IMG/VR virus record: IMGVR_UViG_3300023181_000026
Location: 67,612 to 131,611 of that record
Direction: 5' to 3' (one strand)
Length of the DNA: 64,000 nucleotides
DNA from: a virus
Shown in pieces: positions 28,151 through 37,403 of the stretch. Position 1 is the stretch's first letter; each line of letters begins with the position of its first letter. The notes beneath the pieces are model-generated. The model ran no database searches and was not told the DNA's origin. It worked only from the letters and a program-made list of their open reading frames with translations. The position numbers were made by a program, and so were the translations under genes.

Positions 28151-29149
28151 ATGGCAAAAAAGCAGGTTACAGAAGATTCTACATTATCAGCAATTGATAA
28201 ACTTTACGCAAAATATAAAAAAACAGATAATATTTTTGAAGCTCCAAAAAGTTTAGAGGATATAGATGTTTCAGTTGAAAGAATGATTAACCCGTTCTTA
28301 TCATTTGATAGATATCTAGGAGGAGCTCCAGCTTACGGAAAAATTACAACATATTCGGCATTTGCAAGCTGCGGTAAAACTTCACTAGCGTTAGCCTTAG
28401 CTGGAGCAAACCCCGATAAAGTTATAGGTTTTAGTGATAATGAATTTAACTGGAGTGATTCTTCCTACTTATGGATTGACAAATATTTTGGCATAGAAAA
28501 AGAAAGAATACATATTTTACAGCCAACTTATTTAGAAGAAGGTGCGGAAATGGTTGAGGATTTATGTGAAGTTGCAGATATAGTTATTTTTGATGGATTT
28601 GACTCACTAGCTCCTAAAGGAGAATATCAGGCAACTATGGAAGAGCAACAAATGGGATTACAAGCCAGAGCATATAAGAAATTCTTTCGCAGGTCTATGG
28701 GTAAGATATATAAATCAAAAGCTGCTCTTATCATAACAAATCACTTATATGAAAATATAGGGAATGTATTTGAGCCGTTTAAAGAACCAGGTGGTAGATC
28801 TATCCATGACTTCGCATCACAAAAATTATATCTTACGAGAAGTAACGTAAAGGACGTAAAGACAGGAAAAACTGTAGGTCAAGATGTAAATGTAACTGTA
28901 AATAAGGATAAATTATCGGGCAATAGAGGTGCTAAGTTTACACTACCTTATGATAATGTAAATGGATTTGATGTTGAAATGGATATCATAAACAATGCAG
29001 TGGACTTAGGTGTAATTAAACAGTCAGGGGCATTTTTCAGTTATGAAGGTACTAATATAGGCCAAGGTAAAGTAGCAGCTAAAAATACACTTAAAGAGAA
29101 TCCTGACCTTACGGTGGAAATAGTATTTAAATGTAAAGAGTTATTTTAA
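28151..29149 (+). CDS. recA: RecA/UvsX-like recombinase
   Basis: SCGKTS P-loop, IVIFDG Walker B, MGLQAR, PGG and KQSGAFFSYEGTNIGQGK motifs. Confidence 0.92.
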   Translation: MAKKQVTEDSTLSAIDKLYAKYKKTDNIFEAPKSLEDIDVSVERMINPFLSFDRYLGGAPAYGKITTYSAFASCGKTSLALALAGANPDKVIGFSDNEFNWSDSSYLWIDKYFGIEKERIHILQPTYLEEGAEMVEDLCEVADIVIFDGFDSLAPKGEYQATMEEQQMGLQARAYKKFFRRSMGKIYKSKAALIITNHLYENIGNVFEPFKEPGGRSIHDFASQKLYLTRSNVKDVKTGKTVGQDVNVTVNKDKLSGNRGAKFTLPYDNVNGFDVEMDIINNAVDLGVIKQSGAFFSYEGTNIGQGKVAAKNTLKENPDLTVEIVFKCKELF

Positions 29150-29295
29150 TGAAAATCTGCACACTAGATAATAACGGAGAATGTACGATTTGTAATTGTA
29201 GTTTTCAAAACTGCGCATATGACAGAATGATAAATAAAGATTACAGATGGGAATCAAAAGAAGAATTAGAAGAAATGTTTAAATTTTTATTTTAA
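29149..29295 (+). CDS. 48-aa Cys-rich protein
   Basis: Hand-translated MKICTLDNNGECTICNCSFQNC...; start and stop overlap both neighbours. Confidence 0.55.
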   Translation: MKICTLDNNGECTICNCSFQNCAYDRMINKDYRWESKEELEEMFKFLF

Positions 29296-29714
29296 TGCCG
29301 CCGAAAAAAGAAATAATAAATTGGACTTATAAAGGTAAAGAAGTCTTAACAGTTAAAGATATTCCTGAAAAAGCTCTAGGTTTCATATATAAAATAACAT
29401 TGGAAGATTTTCGGTATTATATTGGACGCAAGACAGTTTTTAAGCCTAATTACACAAGTGGTAAATTAAAAGGGCAATGTAAAGGAGAGTACAGTTGGAA
29501 AACTTATTGTGGGTCTTCTAAGGAACTTCTAGCTTTAATTAAGTTGGGCGCAAAATATAAAAAAGAAATTATAAGATATTGTTATTCAAAGGCAGAAATA
29601 ACATATGAGGAAACCAAGGAAATATTGTGCAGTGGAGCTTTAACAGACCCTAACTGCCTAAATTATTGGATCAAAGCAACAGTTTATAGTAAACATTTAA
29701 AAGAAAACAGTTAA
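29295..29714 (+). CDS. GIY-YIG nuclease family protein
   Basis: GFIYKIT...YYIGRK, SWKTYCGSS and YEE motifs. Confidence 0.75.
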   Translation: MPPKKEIINWTYKGKEVLTVKDIPEKALGFIYKITLEDFRYYIGRKTVFKPNYTSGKLKGQCKGEYSWKTYCGSSKELLALIKLGAKYKKEIIRYCYSKAEITYEETKEILCSGALTDPNCLNYWIKATVYSKHLKENS

Positions 29715-29716
29715 AA

Positions 29717-30634
29717 ATGGCAATATACCAAATAGAAGGACGTTTAGTTAGTGAACAAGAGTTTTGGCAGAATAATACAGGAGGTATAAGTTTTATTACT
29801 TTTGAGTCTACTCCGAAAAAACAGACAAGAGAGAATATAGAAAAAATAATTAGAGAAGCTGAAGCAGAGTGTAAAAAAGGAATATATCCTAAAGGCTATT
29901 GGGACACTTTTGAATATGACTATGACGTAAGAAAATTAATAGAAACACAAGAAAGAGTTTATCCCCAAAAAGAAGAATCAAAAAAAGGAATGAGTACTAG
30001 ACATAAAGCAGGAGATAGTAATCCTTTAGAAGAGCTTAAAAATTCAAGGGTGCATTCAAAAACAGAAGAGCAAATACATGAACAGCTTGATATTAGTAAG
30101 GAAGATATTGATAATCTTAATATTAGATCATTATATAATGGTGTGAATGGTCAAATATTTACTCCTGTTGACTCGTTTAAAACTGAGGAAGATGAAAATA
30201 TAAACAGCGAAATTAAACCTTGTCCATTAGTAAACAAAGGTAAAGTAACTTATTGGGGAGGAATCGGTATTCAGCCTCTTACAGTTGATGATAACGGTGA
30301 TTTTGTTAAAGAAGCAGATTTAGGTGTGAAACAAAGCGAAGGAAAGCTGTTCTATGAATTTGATTGGGAGTTTATTGAGGCGGCGGCTAAAAGAATGCAG
30401 GAAAACAAAGGAGATAAGTATCCTCATTGGAATTGGAAAAAGCCTATAGAAATAGAATCTCTAAAGCAAGCTATTAATAGACATCACATAGAAGTAATGA
30501 AAAGCAATTATAGAGATGGAGAAGACCCTTTAGGACATGTAGTAAGTTATATGTGTAACGCTATGATGTTGTGGCACCAACTTAAAAATAGGAATGAAAG
30601 TCAACAAGATTATAGTAAAATATTTGCACAATAA
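29717..30634 (+). CDS. Protein with C-terminal DUF5664 (dATP/dGTP diphosphohydrolase-type) domain
   Basis: GVKQSEGK...KYPHWNWKK...AINRH...HVVSYMCNAMML. Confidence 0.7.
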   Translation: MAIYQIEGRLVSEQEFWQNNTGGISFITFESTPKKQTRENIEKIIREAEAECKKGIYPKGYWDTFEYDYDVRKLIETQERVYPQKEESKKGMSTRHKAGDSNPLEELKNSRVHSKTEEQIHEQLDISKEDIDNLNIRSLYNGVNGQIFTPVDSFKTEEDENINSEIKPCPLVNKGKVTYWGGIGIQPLTVDDNGDFVKEADLGVKQSEGKLFYEFDWEFIEAAAKRMQENKGDKYPHWNWKKPIEIESLKQAINRHHIEVMKSNYRDGEDPLGHVVSYMCNAMMLWHQLKNRNESQQDYSKIFAQ

Positions 30635-30654
30635 ATAAAAAAGAATTATATTTG
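30623..30654 (+). promoter_or_regulatory. Bacteroidota sigma-A promoter
   Basis: TTTG 30623-26, 20-bp spacer, TATATTTG 30647-54. Confidence 0.8.
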
Positions 30655-30659
30655 CTATT

Positions 30660-30870
30660 ATAAATCATTCAACTGAAGATAGGGAGTAATGTGCCACTAA
30701 AACTGGAAGCACAACTGGGAAAGGAAGTTACTCAGCCATTATAGTTAAGCTAAGTTAACGTTCTCTATTGTAAGATATTTTTGCTACTAACACAACAGTA
30801 CTATCTGGTAAGCACTTTGATTAAGTTCATGAGGAGTCAGATTAAAAATAGTCTACTTAGAAATAGATTG
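30660..30870 (+). ncRNA. Candidate structured leader/ncRNA
   Basis: ORF-free; stems GAGTAA/TTACTC, GTGC/GCAC, GTTAA/TTAAC, ATAGG/TCTAT, ATCTG/CAGAT. Confidence 0.45.
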
Positions 30871-30871
30871 A

Positions 30872-31369
30872 ATGGTTTTAATATTTAAACAAAAAACGCC
30901 AATGAAGTTTTTATACTTAACTGCTCTAAGAAGAGAATTGAATGAAGCCGCGCAAAAAAGATTAGATGAATTTGAAGATGGAGAGGACAACTATGAAGCT
31001 CCTAAAGATCACAATGGAAACTCTTTAGAATTTTATATAGAAAATAATTTAAAAGCTCCCGACTACCTAAAAGAAGCAAGTAAGAATTCAGAATATATTC
31101 AGTTTGATTTAGATGAGGATTATGACGTGTATCAAGTAGATGTTATAGTGAAACTAGATCAATTTTCAATGGCTATTGACGATGCAGAAGGAGGTTGTGT
31201 AGTATATTTAGAAAACGCTACAAACGTTCAGGTTTTAGAAACGGCGGAAGAAGTAGAATTTCAAGTAAGATATCATTCAAGAAATAATTGGGAGATATTT
31301 AAAGATTATATAGAAGTAAAATACAATAGAATTAAAAATAAATTAAAATCAATAAATAAAAATGAGTAA
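30872..31369 (+). CDS. Acidic hypothetical protein (start possibly 30902)
   Basis: 165-aa ORF upstream of ssb. Confidence 0.7.
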   Translation: MVLIFKQKTPMKFLYLTALRRELNEAAQKRLDEFEDGEDNYEAPKDHNGNSLEFYIENNLKAPDYLKEASKNSEYIQFDLDEDYDVYQVDVIVKLDQFSMAIDDAEGGCVVYLENATNVQVLETAEEVEFQVRYHSRNNWEIFKDYIEVKYNRIKNKLKSINKNE

Positions 31370-32066
31370 GTATTTAAATGTAGAGTTTGGAACAGGAAAG
31401 GTTTATGAAAAATCAAATGACCCAAGAGAAGGATATGAAGAATTTGTTTCAAGTAAGGGTAATAAGACTTTTAGAAAATATTACACAAAGGGAGTTTATG
31501 GAACTCTAACTGCTGTAGAGAAAAGGGATTCCCCTATAGGAGAGCAAATTCAGTTAGTATTAAAAGATAAGTCAGGAGAATTTCAAAATCTTCAGTTTTC
31601 TTTATATGACACTAATGGTAATATTGATAATCGTTTTGCAGAAAATCTAATTAGAACGCTACCTAATGTTAAAATAGGCGAGAATTATAGAATTTTCCCT
31701 TATGTTATCGAGGCAGACGAAAAAAATAAATACGGTTCTTCAGGTGTATCAATTGTTAAAGCCAATATAGAAGCAGAAACGGTAAATAAAGAAGATAAAG
31801 TTGAATTAGCTTACAGATACCTTAAAAAAGACGAGGAAGCTAAAGATACGGATGTTCCTAAATTAATTTTTAAAGAGCAACGCGGAAAGAATAGACCTAC
31901 GGCAGCATCATTAGAAGAAAAAACCAATTTCCTTTATGATGTTTTAATGGCTAATTCTACAAAAGGTGAATCACAAAGTCAGACTTCAAACACTCCTCCA
32001 TCACCAAAAGTAGATGATACTAAAGGAGTAGCGGCTCAATATGAGAATGACTCATTACCTTTCTAA
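31362..32066 (+). CDS. ssb: Single-stranded DNA-binding protein candidate
   Basis: OB-like beta-rich core, flexible linker, acidic-aromatic tail ENDSLPF; own terminator. Confidence 0.65.
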   Translation: MSKYLNVEFGTGKVYEKSNDPREGYEEFVSSKGNKTFRKYYTKGVYGTLTAVEKRDSPIGEQIQLVLKDKSGEFQNLQFSLYDTNGNIDNRFAENLIRTLPNVKIGENYRIFPYVIEADEKNKYGSSGVSIVKANIEAETVNKEDKVELAYRYLKKDEEAKDTDVPKLIFKEQRGKNRPTAASLEEKTNFLYDVLMANSTKGESQSQTSNTPPSPKVDDTKGVAAQYENDSLPF

Positions 32067-32079
32067 TAATCAATACTAT

Positions 32080-32113
32080 AGGCGGACTAGAATAAAAACT
32101 TTTCCGCCTTTTT
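32080..32113 (+). terminator. Intrinsic terminator
   Basis: AGGCGGA/TCCGCCT stem plus T-run. Confidence 0.8.
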
Positions 32114-32126
32114 AAAATAAAAACCA

Positions 32127-32402
32127 ATGAAAGAAGAATCAATAGACTTAAATAATTTACCGCCAGAATTCCAAATGTATTTTCATAAATCACAGATGGA
32201 GCGCGTAAAAAAAGAATGTAAAGGAATAACTTACATATCCCACTTGAAGCAAAAAGACAGTTATTTCACTGTAGTTAGAATCAAAAATGATTTAGGAGGT
32301 AAAGATGAACTAAACTTTCCTCTTCAGGTAGAGCCTAGTAGAATGACTGCAAAAGAATATGATTTTATAATTGAAACTGTTAATGCTCATGAAAGAAACT
32401 AA
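32127..32402 (+). CDS. Hypothetical protein
   Basis: Co-directional ORF. Confidence 0.65.
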   Translation: MKEESIDLNNLPPEFQMYFHKSQMERVKKECKGITYISHLKQKDSYFTVVRIKNDLGGKDELNFPLQVEPSRMTAKEYDFIIETVNAHERN

Positions 32403-32565
32403 ACAACTTTACGAGAGTCTTTTATCAGACGGGGATTTATTCGATCTTGTTTCTGGAATGTCAGGGCAGTGGGAAAAAGATAAAAAACTATTTTCAATTT
32501 ACTATGATCAGCAAATGGCTTATATAAATGATTTTGATATAGAGGATGAAACAGATTTTAGTTAA
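32371..32565 (+). CDS. Hypothetical protein
   Basis: Co-directional coupled ORF. Confidence 0.6.
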   Translation: MKLLMLMKETKQLYESLLSDGDLFDLVSGMSGQWEKDKKLFSIYYDQQMAYINDFDIEDETDFS

Positions 32566-32779
32566 GTATAAAAATAAATTAAATTTCCCTTTAGATGACT
32601 CCGACATAAATCAGATTATAGTTTATTTACAGAACGGTCAATTAAAGAAATTACACTTTGAGTATGGAGATTTAATTTTGGACGTTTGTTTAGAATATGC
32701 TGAATCTAAAGAGGACTATTATTTATGCGCGAAATTAAAAAAGTTCTATGAAGAAATTAATAGATATAGAAGAGATTAA
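32546..32779 (+). CDS. Hypothetical protein
   Basis: Co-directional coupled ORF. Confidence 0.6.
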   Translation: MKQILVKYKNKLNFPLDDSDINQIIVYLQNGQLKKLHFEYGDLILDVCLEYAESKEDYYLCAKLKKFYEEINRYRRD

Positions 32780-33083
32780 AAGATTACAGGAAGAACTAAA
32801 AAAAGCTGAAAATAATTTCTCTAAAGCTATTCAAATCTATAAAAGAGAAGCGGGAATAACAGAAGGTAGTAAAATAAAACTTACAAGAAGTTCCTATGAT
32901 TTAATGACGGGAAAAGAAATCAAAGAGGAATATTACCTTATAATAAAAACATGCTATTTTAATCCTAAACTTCTTCAGTTTCAATATACTTTCTCACACA
33001 TAACGCCTCTAGGTAAGGTAGCAAATAAGAAATGCTCTATATACCATAACATAAAAACAGACTTAATAGAAAAAATAAAATGA
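32748..33083 (+). CDS. Hypothetical protein
   Basis: Co-directional coupled ORF. Confidence 0.65.
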   Translation: MKKLIDIEEIKRLQEELKKAENNFSKAIQIYKREAGITEGSKIKLTRSSYDLMTGKEIKEEYYLIIKTCYFNPKLLQFQYTFSHITPLGKVANKKCSIYHNIKTDLIEKIK

Positions 33084-33242
33084 GATTTACTTATATCTTT
33101 GAAAATAGTATTGATACGGAAAATGTGAATGAACTTATCTCCAAGCTGTCAGAGCATGAAAAAATTGATTTATTTTTCTCGACTGATGGCGGTTATATAT
33201 TTCCTATGAAATCTGTATTGCATTATCTTAATTCAAGAAAGG

Positions 33243-33512
33243 ATGTTATTACTAACTGAATATGAAGGTGAGAAAACAATAACTAATGAATTAGAATTTA
33301 TGATGGCGCATTGCATAGATGCGGAAGAATATACAGTTAGGAAATCAGCAGTGAGTAAAAAACAATTCGCCAAACAAAGAGATAAAGATAATAAAAATCT
33401 AGCTGAAGGATTAAAAAGAATAGGATTTACTCCAAAAGAAATTAAAAAATTTCACAAAGGAGAAGACGTTATACTGTATCAAAAAGATTTTAAAAGAATA
33501 AATTTAAAATAA
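33243..33512 (+). CDS. Hypothetical protein
   Basis: Co-directional ORF. Confidence 0.6.
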   Translation: MLLLTEYEGEKTITNELEFMMAHCIDAEEYTVRKSAVSKKQFAKQRDKDNKNLAEGLKRIGFTPKEIKKFHKGEDVILYQKDFKRINLK

Positions 33513-33518
33513 ATTATA

Positions 33519-33704
33519 ATGATGATACACGTAAACGAAATAAAGTTTGAAGAAACAGATGCTTGGACTAGACAATTCAATAAATGTTCTGACGAATTTA
33601 AAAAGTGGGATGAGGCCATAACGGAAGAGGAAAAGAAAGAGGCTTGGGATAATTACTGTCACGAAAGATGGTTTTTAGAGCAAGGTGGGTATAAGTGGAA
33701 ATAG
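33519..33704 (+). CDS. Hypothetical protein
   Basis: Co-directional ORF. Confidence 0.6.
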   Translation: MMIHVNEIKFEETDAWTRQFNKCSDEFKKWDEAITEEEKKEAWDNYCHERWFLEQGGYKWK

Positions 33705-33824
33705 AGCTTAAAATATACTAAGGTATATAAGACTATCAAAAATATATAAAAGTGTCTCAGAAAGCCTTAAATTAGTGTTTAAGAAAGAATATATAAATAA
33801 TTAACTAGGCTTCGCGCCAGAAAA

Positions 33825-34136
33825 ATGAAAGCAAAAGAAATATTCTTACCAATGCAGCCTCACAATATAATGAAAATATTAGAAGGACAGAAAACGACAA
33901 CTATAAGATCTAAAGAGACTACAGGATTAACAACTGGTGAAGTAGGTATAATATCGTTTAGAGGAAATCAATATAGTATTATAAACTTAGGATATTTAAC
34001 TATAGAAGAAGCTGGCGGTAAAAAGGAAATAATAAAATCTGAAGGATTAAATAGTGAAGATGAGTTTATGTTTAAACAGTCTAAAGATTGGGTTAATGGA
34101 AAAGGTAAGATGTGGGTTTATAGAATGTGGAAGTAA
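33825..34136 (+). CDS. ASCH/PUA-like domain protein
   Basis: LPMQPHNIMKILEGQKTTTIR N-terminus and AGG..IIKSEG pattern. Confidence 0.75.
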   Translation: MKAKEIFLPMQPHNIMKILEGQKTTTIRSKETTGLTTGEVGIISFRGNQYSIINLGYLTIEEAGGKKEIIKSEGLNSEDEFMFKQSKDWVNGKGKMWVYRMWK

Positions 34137-34145
34137 GTTACAATG

Positions 34146-34168
34146 TCCCTCCTAGTGAGGGATTTTTT
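34146..34168 (+). terminator. Intrinsic terminator
   Basis: TCCCTC/GAGGGA stem plus T6. Confidence 0.85.
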
Positions 34169-34700
34169 ATTAATCTAAAATAGGATGTCATGGCTCTAAG
34201 AATAAGAATTACAGGCGAAATATTTTGCGCGGCAAAAACAAAAGAACAAGAAGGAGATACTTACATAAACGATAATACGCTATCAGAACTAACTGGAGCT
34301 ATAAGACCTAGTAAAACAGAATACAAAGATGGACTGTGGTTAAAGAAGATAGTTTAAAGCATGTCCTAGTAAAGAATATTAAGTTTGTACGAGTGGGAAT
34401 TAAATCATAATCTTAAAAATTTATTGAGTGACGGTGTCAAAGATAGCCCAACTCAGCAAATCCCACAATCAGGCGCGTTTCTTCCCAAACCCCTATACTT
34501 TTAAATCCCTCTTTTCAAATTCCAAAACCAAAATCGACTTTTCAAATCAAAAAAGTTTTATTTTTTATACTATTTTATTTGGTGGTTTAAATATATCGTC
34601 GTATATTTACCATAGGTAAGACGGTAAGTTAATCAGTTCTTTTATAGCTGCTTATAGTATTTGTAAAGATTATCTTTTTAGAAAACTTTAACATTATATA

Positions 34701-34732
34701 CTTGCACAGAATAAACAATTAGCTTATCTTTA
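34701..34732 (+). promoter_or_regulatory. Near-consensus Bacteroidota promoter
   Basis: CTTG 34701-04, 20-bp spacer, TATCTTTA 34725-32 (one mismatch). Confidence 0.6.
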
Positions 34733-34737
34733 CTATA

Positions 34738-35003
34738 ACAAAATGAATGAGTGATACCACACGGTAAGAGTTTCTTTGACGTAATGTGAAGCAGTTATAT
34801 ATAGGATAGAATTTTCCTCAAAGCGTAAAGGCGTGAGTTAACTACCGACAGCAGATATAACATTTTAAGTCGTATTAGCACTATCTTGAGACTATAAACA
34901 ACGAATGTGTATCATAGGCATTAGCCAAACATTTAACGGATAATTTATTTATCCTTATTTATTATATAAGACAGATTGAATTTATTTTCTTTCTGTCTTT
35001 TTT
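34738..35003 (+). ncRNA. Candidate ~265-nt structured ncRNA
   Basis: No ORF >12 aa; nested stems and a possible pseudoknot; bounded by a promoter and a terminator. Confidence 0.55.
34968..35003 (+). terminator. Intrinsic terminator
   Basis: AAGACAGA/TCTGTCTT stem plus T-run. Confidence 0.7.
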
Positions 35004-35194
35004 AATTCTTTTCCCGCGAATAAAAACTTTCAAAGGAATAGCCGTTAGATATTCAGTTATCATATAGATCGATACTATTAACGGTTACTAAATCAACCTT
35101 AAAACTTATTATTATGAAAAATTAAATCAGTACAATAGATATACAAGCAAAAGAATGGTTTGACAAAGTCAATGGTAATTCTTATTTTGCGGCT

Positions 35195-35422
35195 TTGGTA
35201 ACTTTAGACTTCGGATTGTCGAGTGAAAAAGTAATAACAATACCTTTTCAATATGGTTATGGCGAACAATATCTAACAGAAACAAAACATCAACTTCAAA
35301 CGGATGGCGTACTGCCGCAAGAAACTAGTTATAACTTGCAGGAATGGTGCAGAGAAAATAATATAATCTTAAGGCATTCAATAAGAAGAAAGTGTTTAAA
35401 GCGTGAGTTAACTAATATCTAA
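35195..35422 (+). CDS. Hypothetical early protein
   Basis: TTG-start ORF; start uncertain. Confidence 0.55.
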   Translation: MVTLDFGLSSEKVITIPFQYGYGEQYLTETKHQLQTDGVLPQETSYNLQEWCRENNIILRHSIRRKCLKRELTNI

Positions 35423-35427
35423 CTGTC

Positions 35428-35616
35428 ATGAAACTAAGAAGATTTTACTTTAAGAATATAGAAGTTATATTAATCATAGCTTGTGTAATAATTTTATCAG
35501 TTTTGTTATTAGCTTTAATGGAATGGTTTACTAATTCTTTTCCAGTTGTTAGCTTAATCATTTGTGTTTTTATCTTTTTGGCGGCGAATAAATTAACTAA
35601 AACAAAAGTATCATGA
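35428..35616 (+). CDS. Small membrane protein
   Basis: Two TM segments. Confidence 0.65.
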   Translation: MKLRRFYFKNIEVILIIACVIILSVLLLALMEWFTNSFPVVSLIICVFIFLAANKLTKTKVS

Positions 35617-35873
35617 ATGATTTATATTTTAACGGCGAAAAGCTAACAAAAGAAAGCATAGAAAAAACTGAACAGTGGTTCATTAATAATGCTCAAGGGT
35701 GTATTGATGAAGTACTCTCAGGTGAGGTAAGAGTTAATGATAGAGAAAGTTATTTTAAATCCTGCAATGAAAGAATGCAAAGGTATAAAGATAAGACTTA
35801 TACTATCTCTTTGACTTTCTTGCAACACGCATATTATGAACAGACGGGAAAATCAATAGCTTTACTGCCATAA
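35613..35873 (+). CDS. Hypothetical protein
   Basis: Co-directional coupled ORF. Confidence 0.65.
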   Translation: MNDLYFNGEKLTKESIEKTEQWFINNAQGCIDEVLSGEVRVNDRESYFKSCNERMQRYKDKTYTISLTFLQHAYYEQTGKSIALLP

Positions 35874-36147
35874 AACGAATAATCATGAGCCTATTAGAAA
35901 CAGTTAACCAATTAAGTTATAAGAAAGAGTTATTGAATGAGCTTTCTTTAAGCGCGGAAAAACAAAATAAAAAATATATAGAAACTTTAAAACAGCTTAT
36001 AGTATGTTAATATATTTAAAACAAGGTTGGTATGAATATAGAAGTGAGAAAGAAGGTAATGTTCATGCTTTCGGATTAAATAACATAAGAAGTCAAGTAA
36101 TAGAAAGATTTGATTTTGATATAATAACTTTGCTAAATTAAAATATT

Positions 36148-36435
36148 ATGATAAACTTCGACAATCTTAAAATAGGGGATAAAGTATTTACTATACCTGT
36201 TTCAATGAGGGTAACAGAAAGTGTTTACGCAGGAGTATTTAATACTTTTAATCAGTGGGATAATAAACCACGCCACGTATTTTTAAACAGTTTCCTTAAT
36301 AATCTTGAAACGGTATCAGTAGGCTATGAAAAGAAATATAATCGATTAAACAGATATTTCTATACAGAACAAGAGGCAACCGCCCGCCTGAAAGAGTTGA
36401 TAAAAGAAGAACAGGAAAAAGACTACGAATATTAA
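36148..36435 (+). CDS. Hypothetical protein
   Basis: AAAATATTATG start context. Confidence 0.65.
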   Translation: MINFDNLKIGDKVFTIPVSMRVTESVYAGVFNTFNQWDNKPRHVFLNSFLNNLETVSVGYEKKYNRLNRYFYTEQEATARLKELIKEEQEKDYEY

Positions 36436-36601
36436 AACAAAAACATCATGAAAAAACAATTAACATCGATGGATATAAGAGTAATTCGTGTACCATCGCC
36501 GCAAAAAGAAGAAATACAGAATAAAATAAAACAAGCTAGAAAAATAGAACATACTCAACTGGCTAAGATGCACTTCCCCGATATTTATACAAGATAGCAT
36601 T

Positions 36602-36877
36602 ATGAAGACGATAAAAGACTTTAAAAAAGGCGACACTATAGAGGTAACTTATATAAAAGATTCTCATAGTGGGTGCATTGATACTTATACTATAGAAAGT
36701 AAGAGTATTATTAATGATGGGCGCGGGCAAATACTACTATCAACTATAAAAAGAATAAATCCTAATTACATGCCTCAATACTATGAGAGAGGGATTAATA
36801 CGATGGTTGTTGATAGCTTGTGGTTCGATGAAGAGTTAACAGGTAGAAGAATAAAGATCGCGCCAAAGAAAAATTAA
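36602..36877 (+). CDS. Hypothetical protein
   Basis: Co-directional ORF. Confidence 0.65.
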   Translation: MKTIKDFKKGDTIEVTYIKDSHSGCIDTYTIESKSIINDGRGQILLSTIKRINPNYMPQYYERGINTMVVDSLWFDEELTGRRIKIAPKKN

Positions 36878-37035
36878 ATAGAAAAATAATGGAAAAAGAA
36901 TTTCAATTACTAAAAAGTCAAAACTTATGCTATGATGAGATAGCGAATAGTTTGCATTCAAAAGGTTGGGCGTGGGTAGACGTTAATGTGTTTATTGCCG
37001 AACAAAAGTATAACAATTTTAAGTTTAATTAACTG

Positions 37036-37227
37036 ATGAAAATACTATCAAATGAAAGTTTCAATTTGTTAAAAGAGAGAGGTCACGCAGTTCCAAGAAA
37101 CAAAGAAAATTATATAATACCTTTTATGGTTGGTAAGGAGTATAAAGTCTATAATGAGGCAAAAACAGAATCTTTAAAAGTAGTTTGTACACAAGACTGT
37201 CCTCATAATTTAAAAATCTCCCAATAA
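37036..37227 (+). CDS. Hypothetical protein
   Basis: Co-directional ORF. Confidence 0.6.
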   Translation: MKILSNESFNLLKERGHAVPRNKENYIIPFMVGKEYKVYNEAKTESLKVVCTQDCPHNLKISQ

Positions 37228-37403
37228 AAATTAAAACATAAATTTTATGAACCTACAACAAACAATAAGCAAGATAACAGGTCTTACAGTAAGTGAAGAA
37301 GATGTAATGACTTACGCTCGTGATAACTTTGGAGTATTAGCAAGTTATTTAAGGCAGGAAAGTAAACAGAAAATAAAAGGTTTGGAGGGTAAAGAATAAA
37401 TCA

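Noticed and set aside
29295-29714. GIY-YIG ORF as a mobile intron or homing element
   Set aside because: Free-standing, no flanking split gene or intron core, and it lacks the long DNA-binding tail of Seg/I-TevI enzymes.
30679-30737. Resemblance to cobalamin riboswitch, SRP or hammerhead fragments (GCCACT, CTGGGAAAGG, CTGAAGA)
   Set aside because: The required core junctions and spacing of those families are absent; kept only as an unassigned structured RNA.
34428-34619. 63-aa GTG-start ORF
   Set aside because: Lies on a compositionally aberrant C-rich tract, with a Ser/Phe/Pro-skewed product and no typical A-rich start context.
34831-35414. Exact 14-bp repeat GCGTGAGTTAACTA at 34831 and 35401
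   Set aside because: A single 14-mer pair is within chance expectation for AT-rich DNA of this size, and the second copy is in coding sequence; revisit if the ncRNA proves real.
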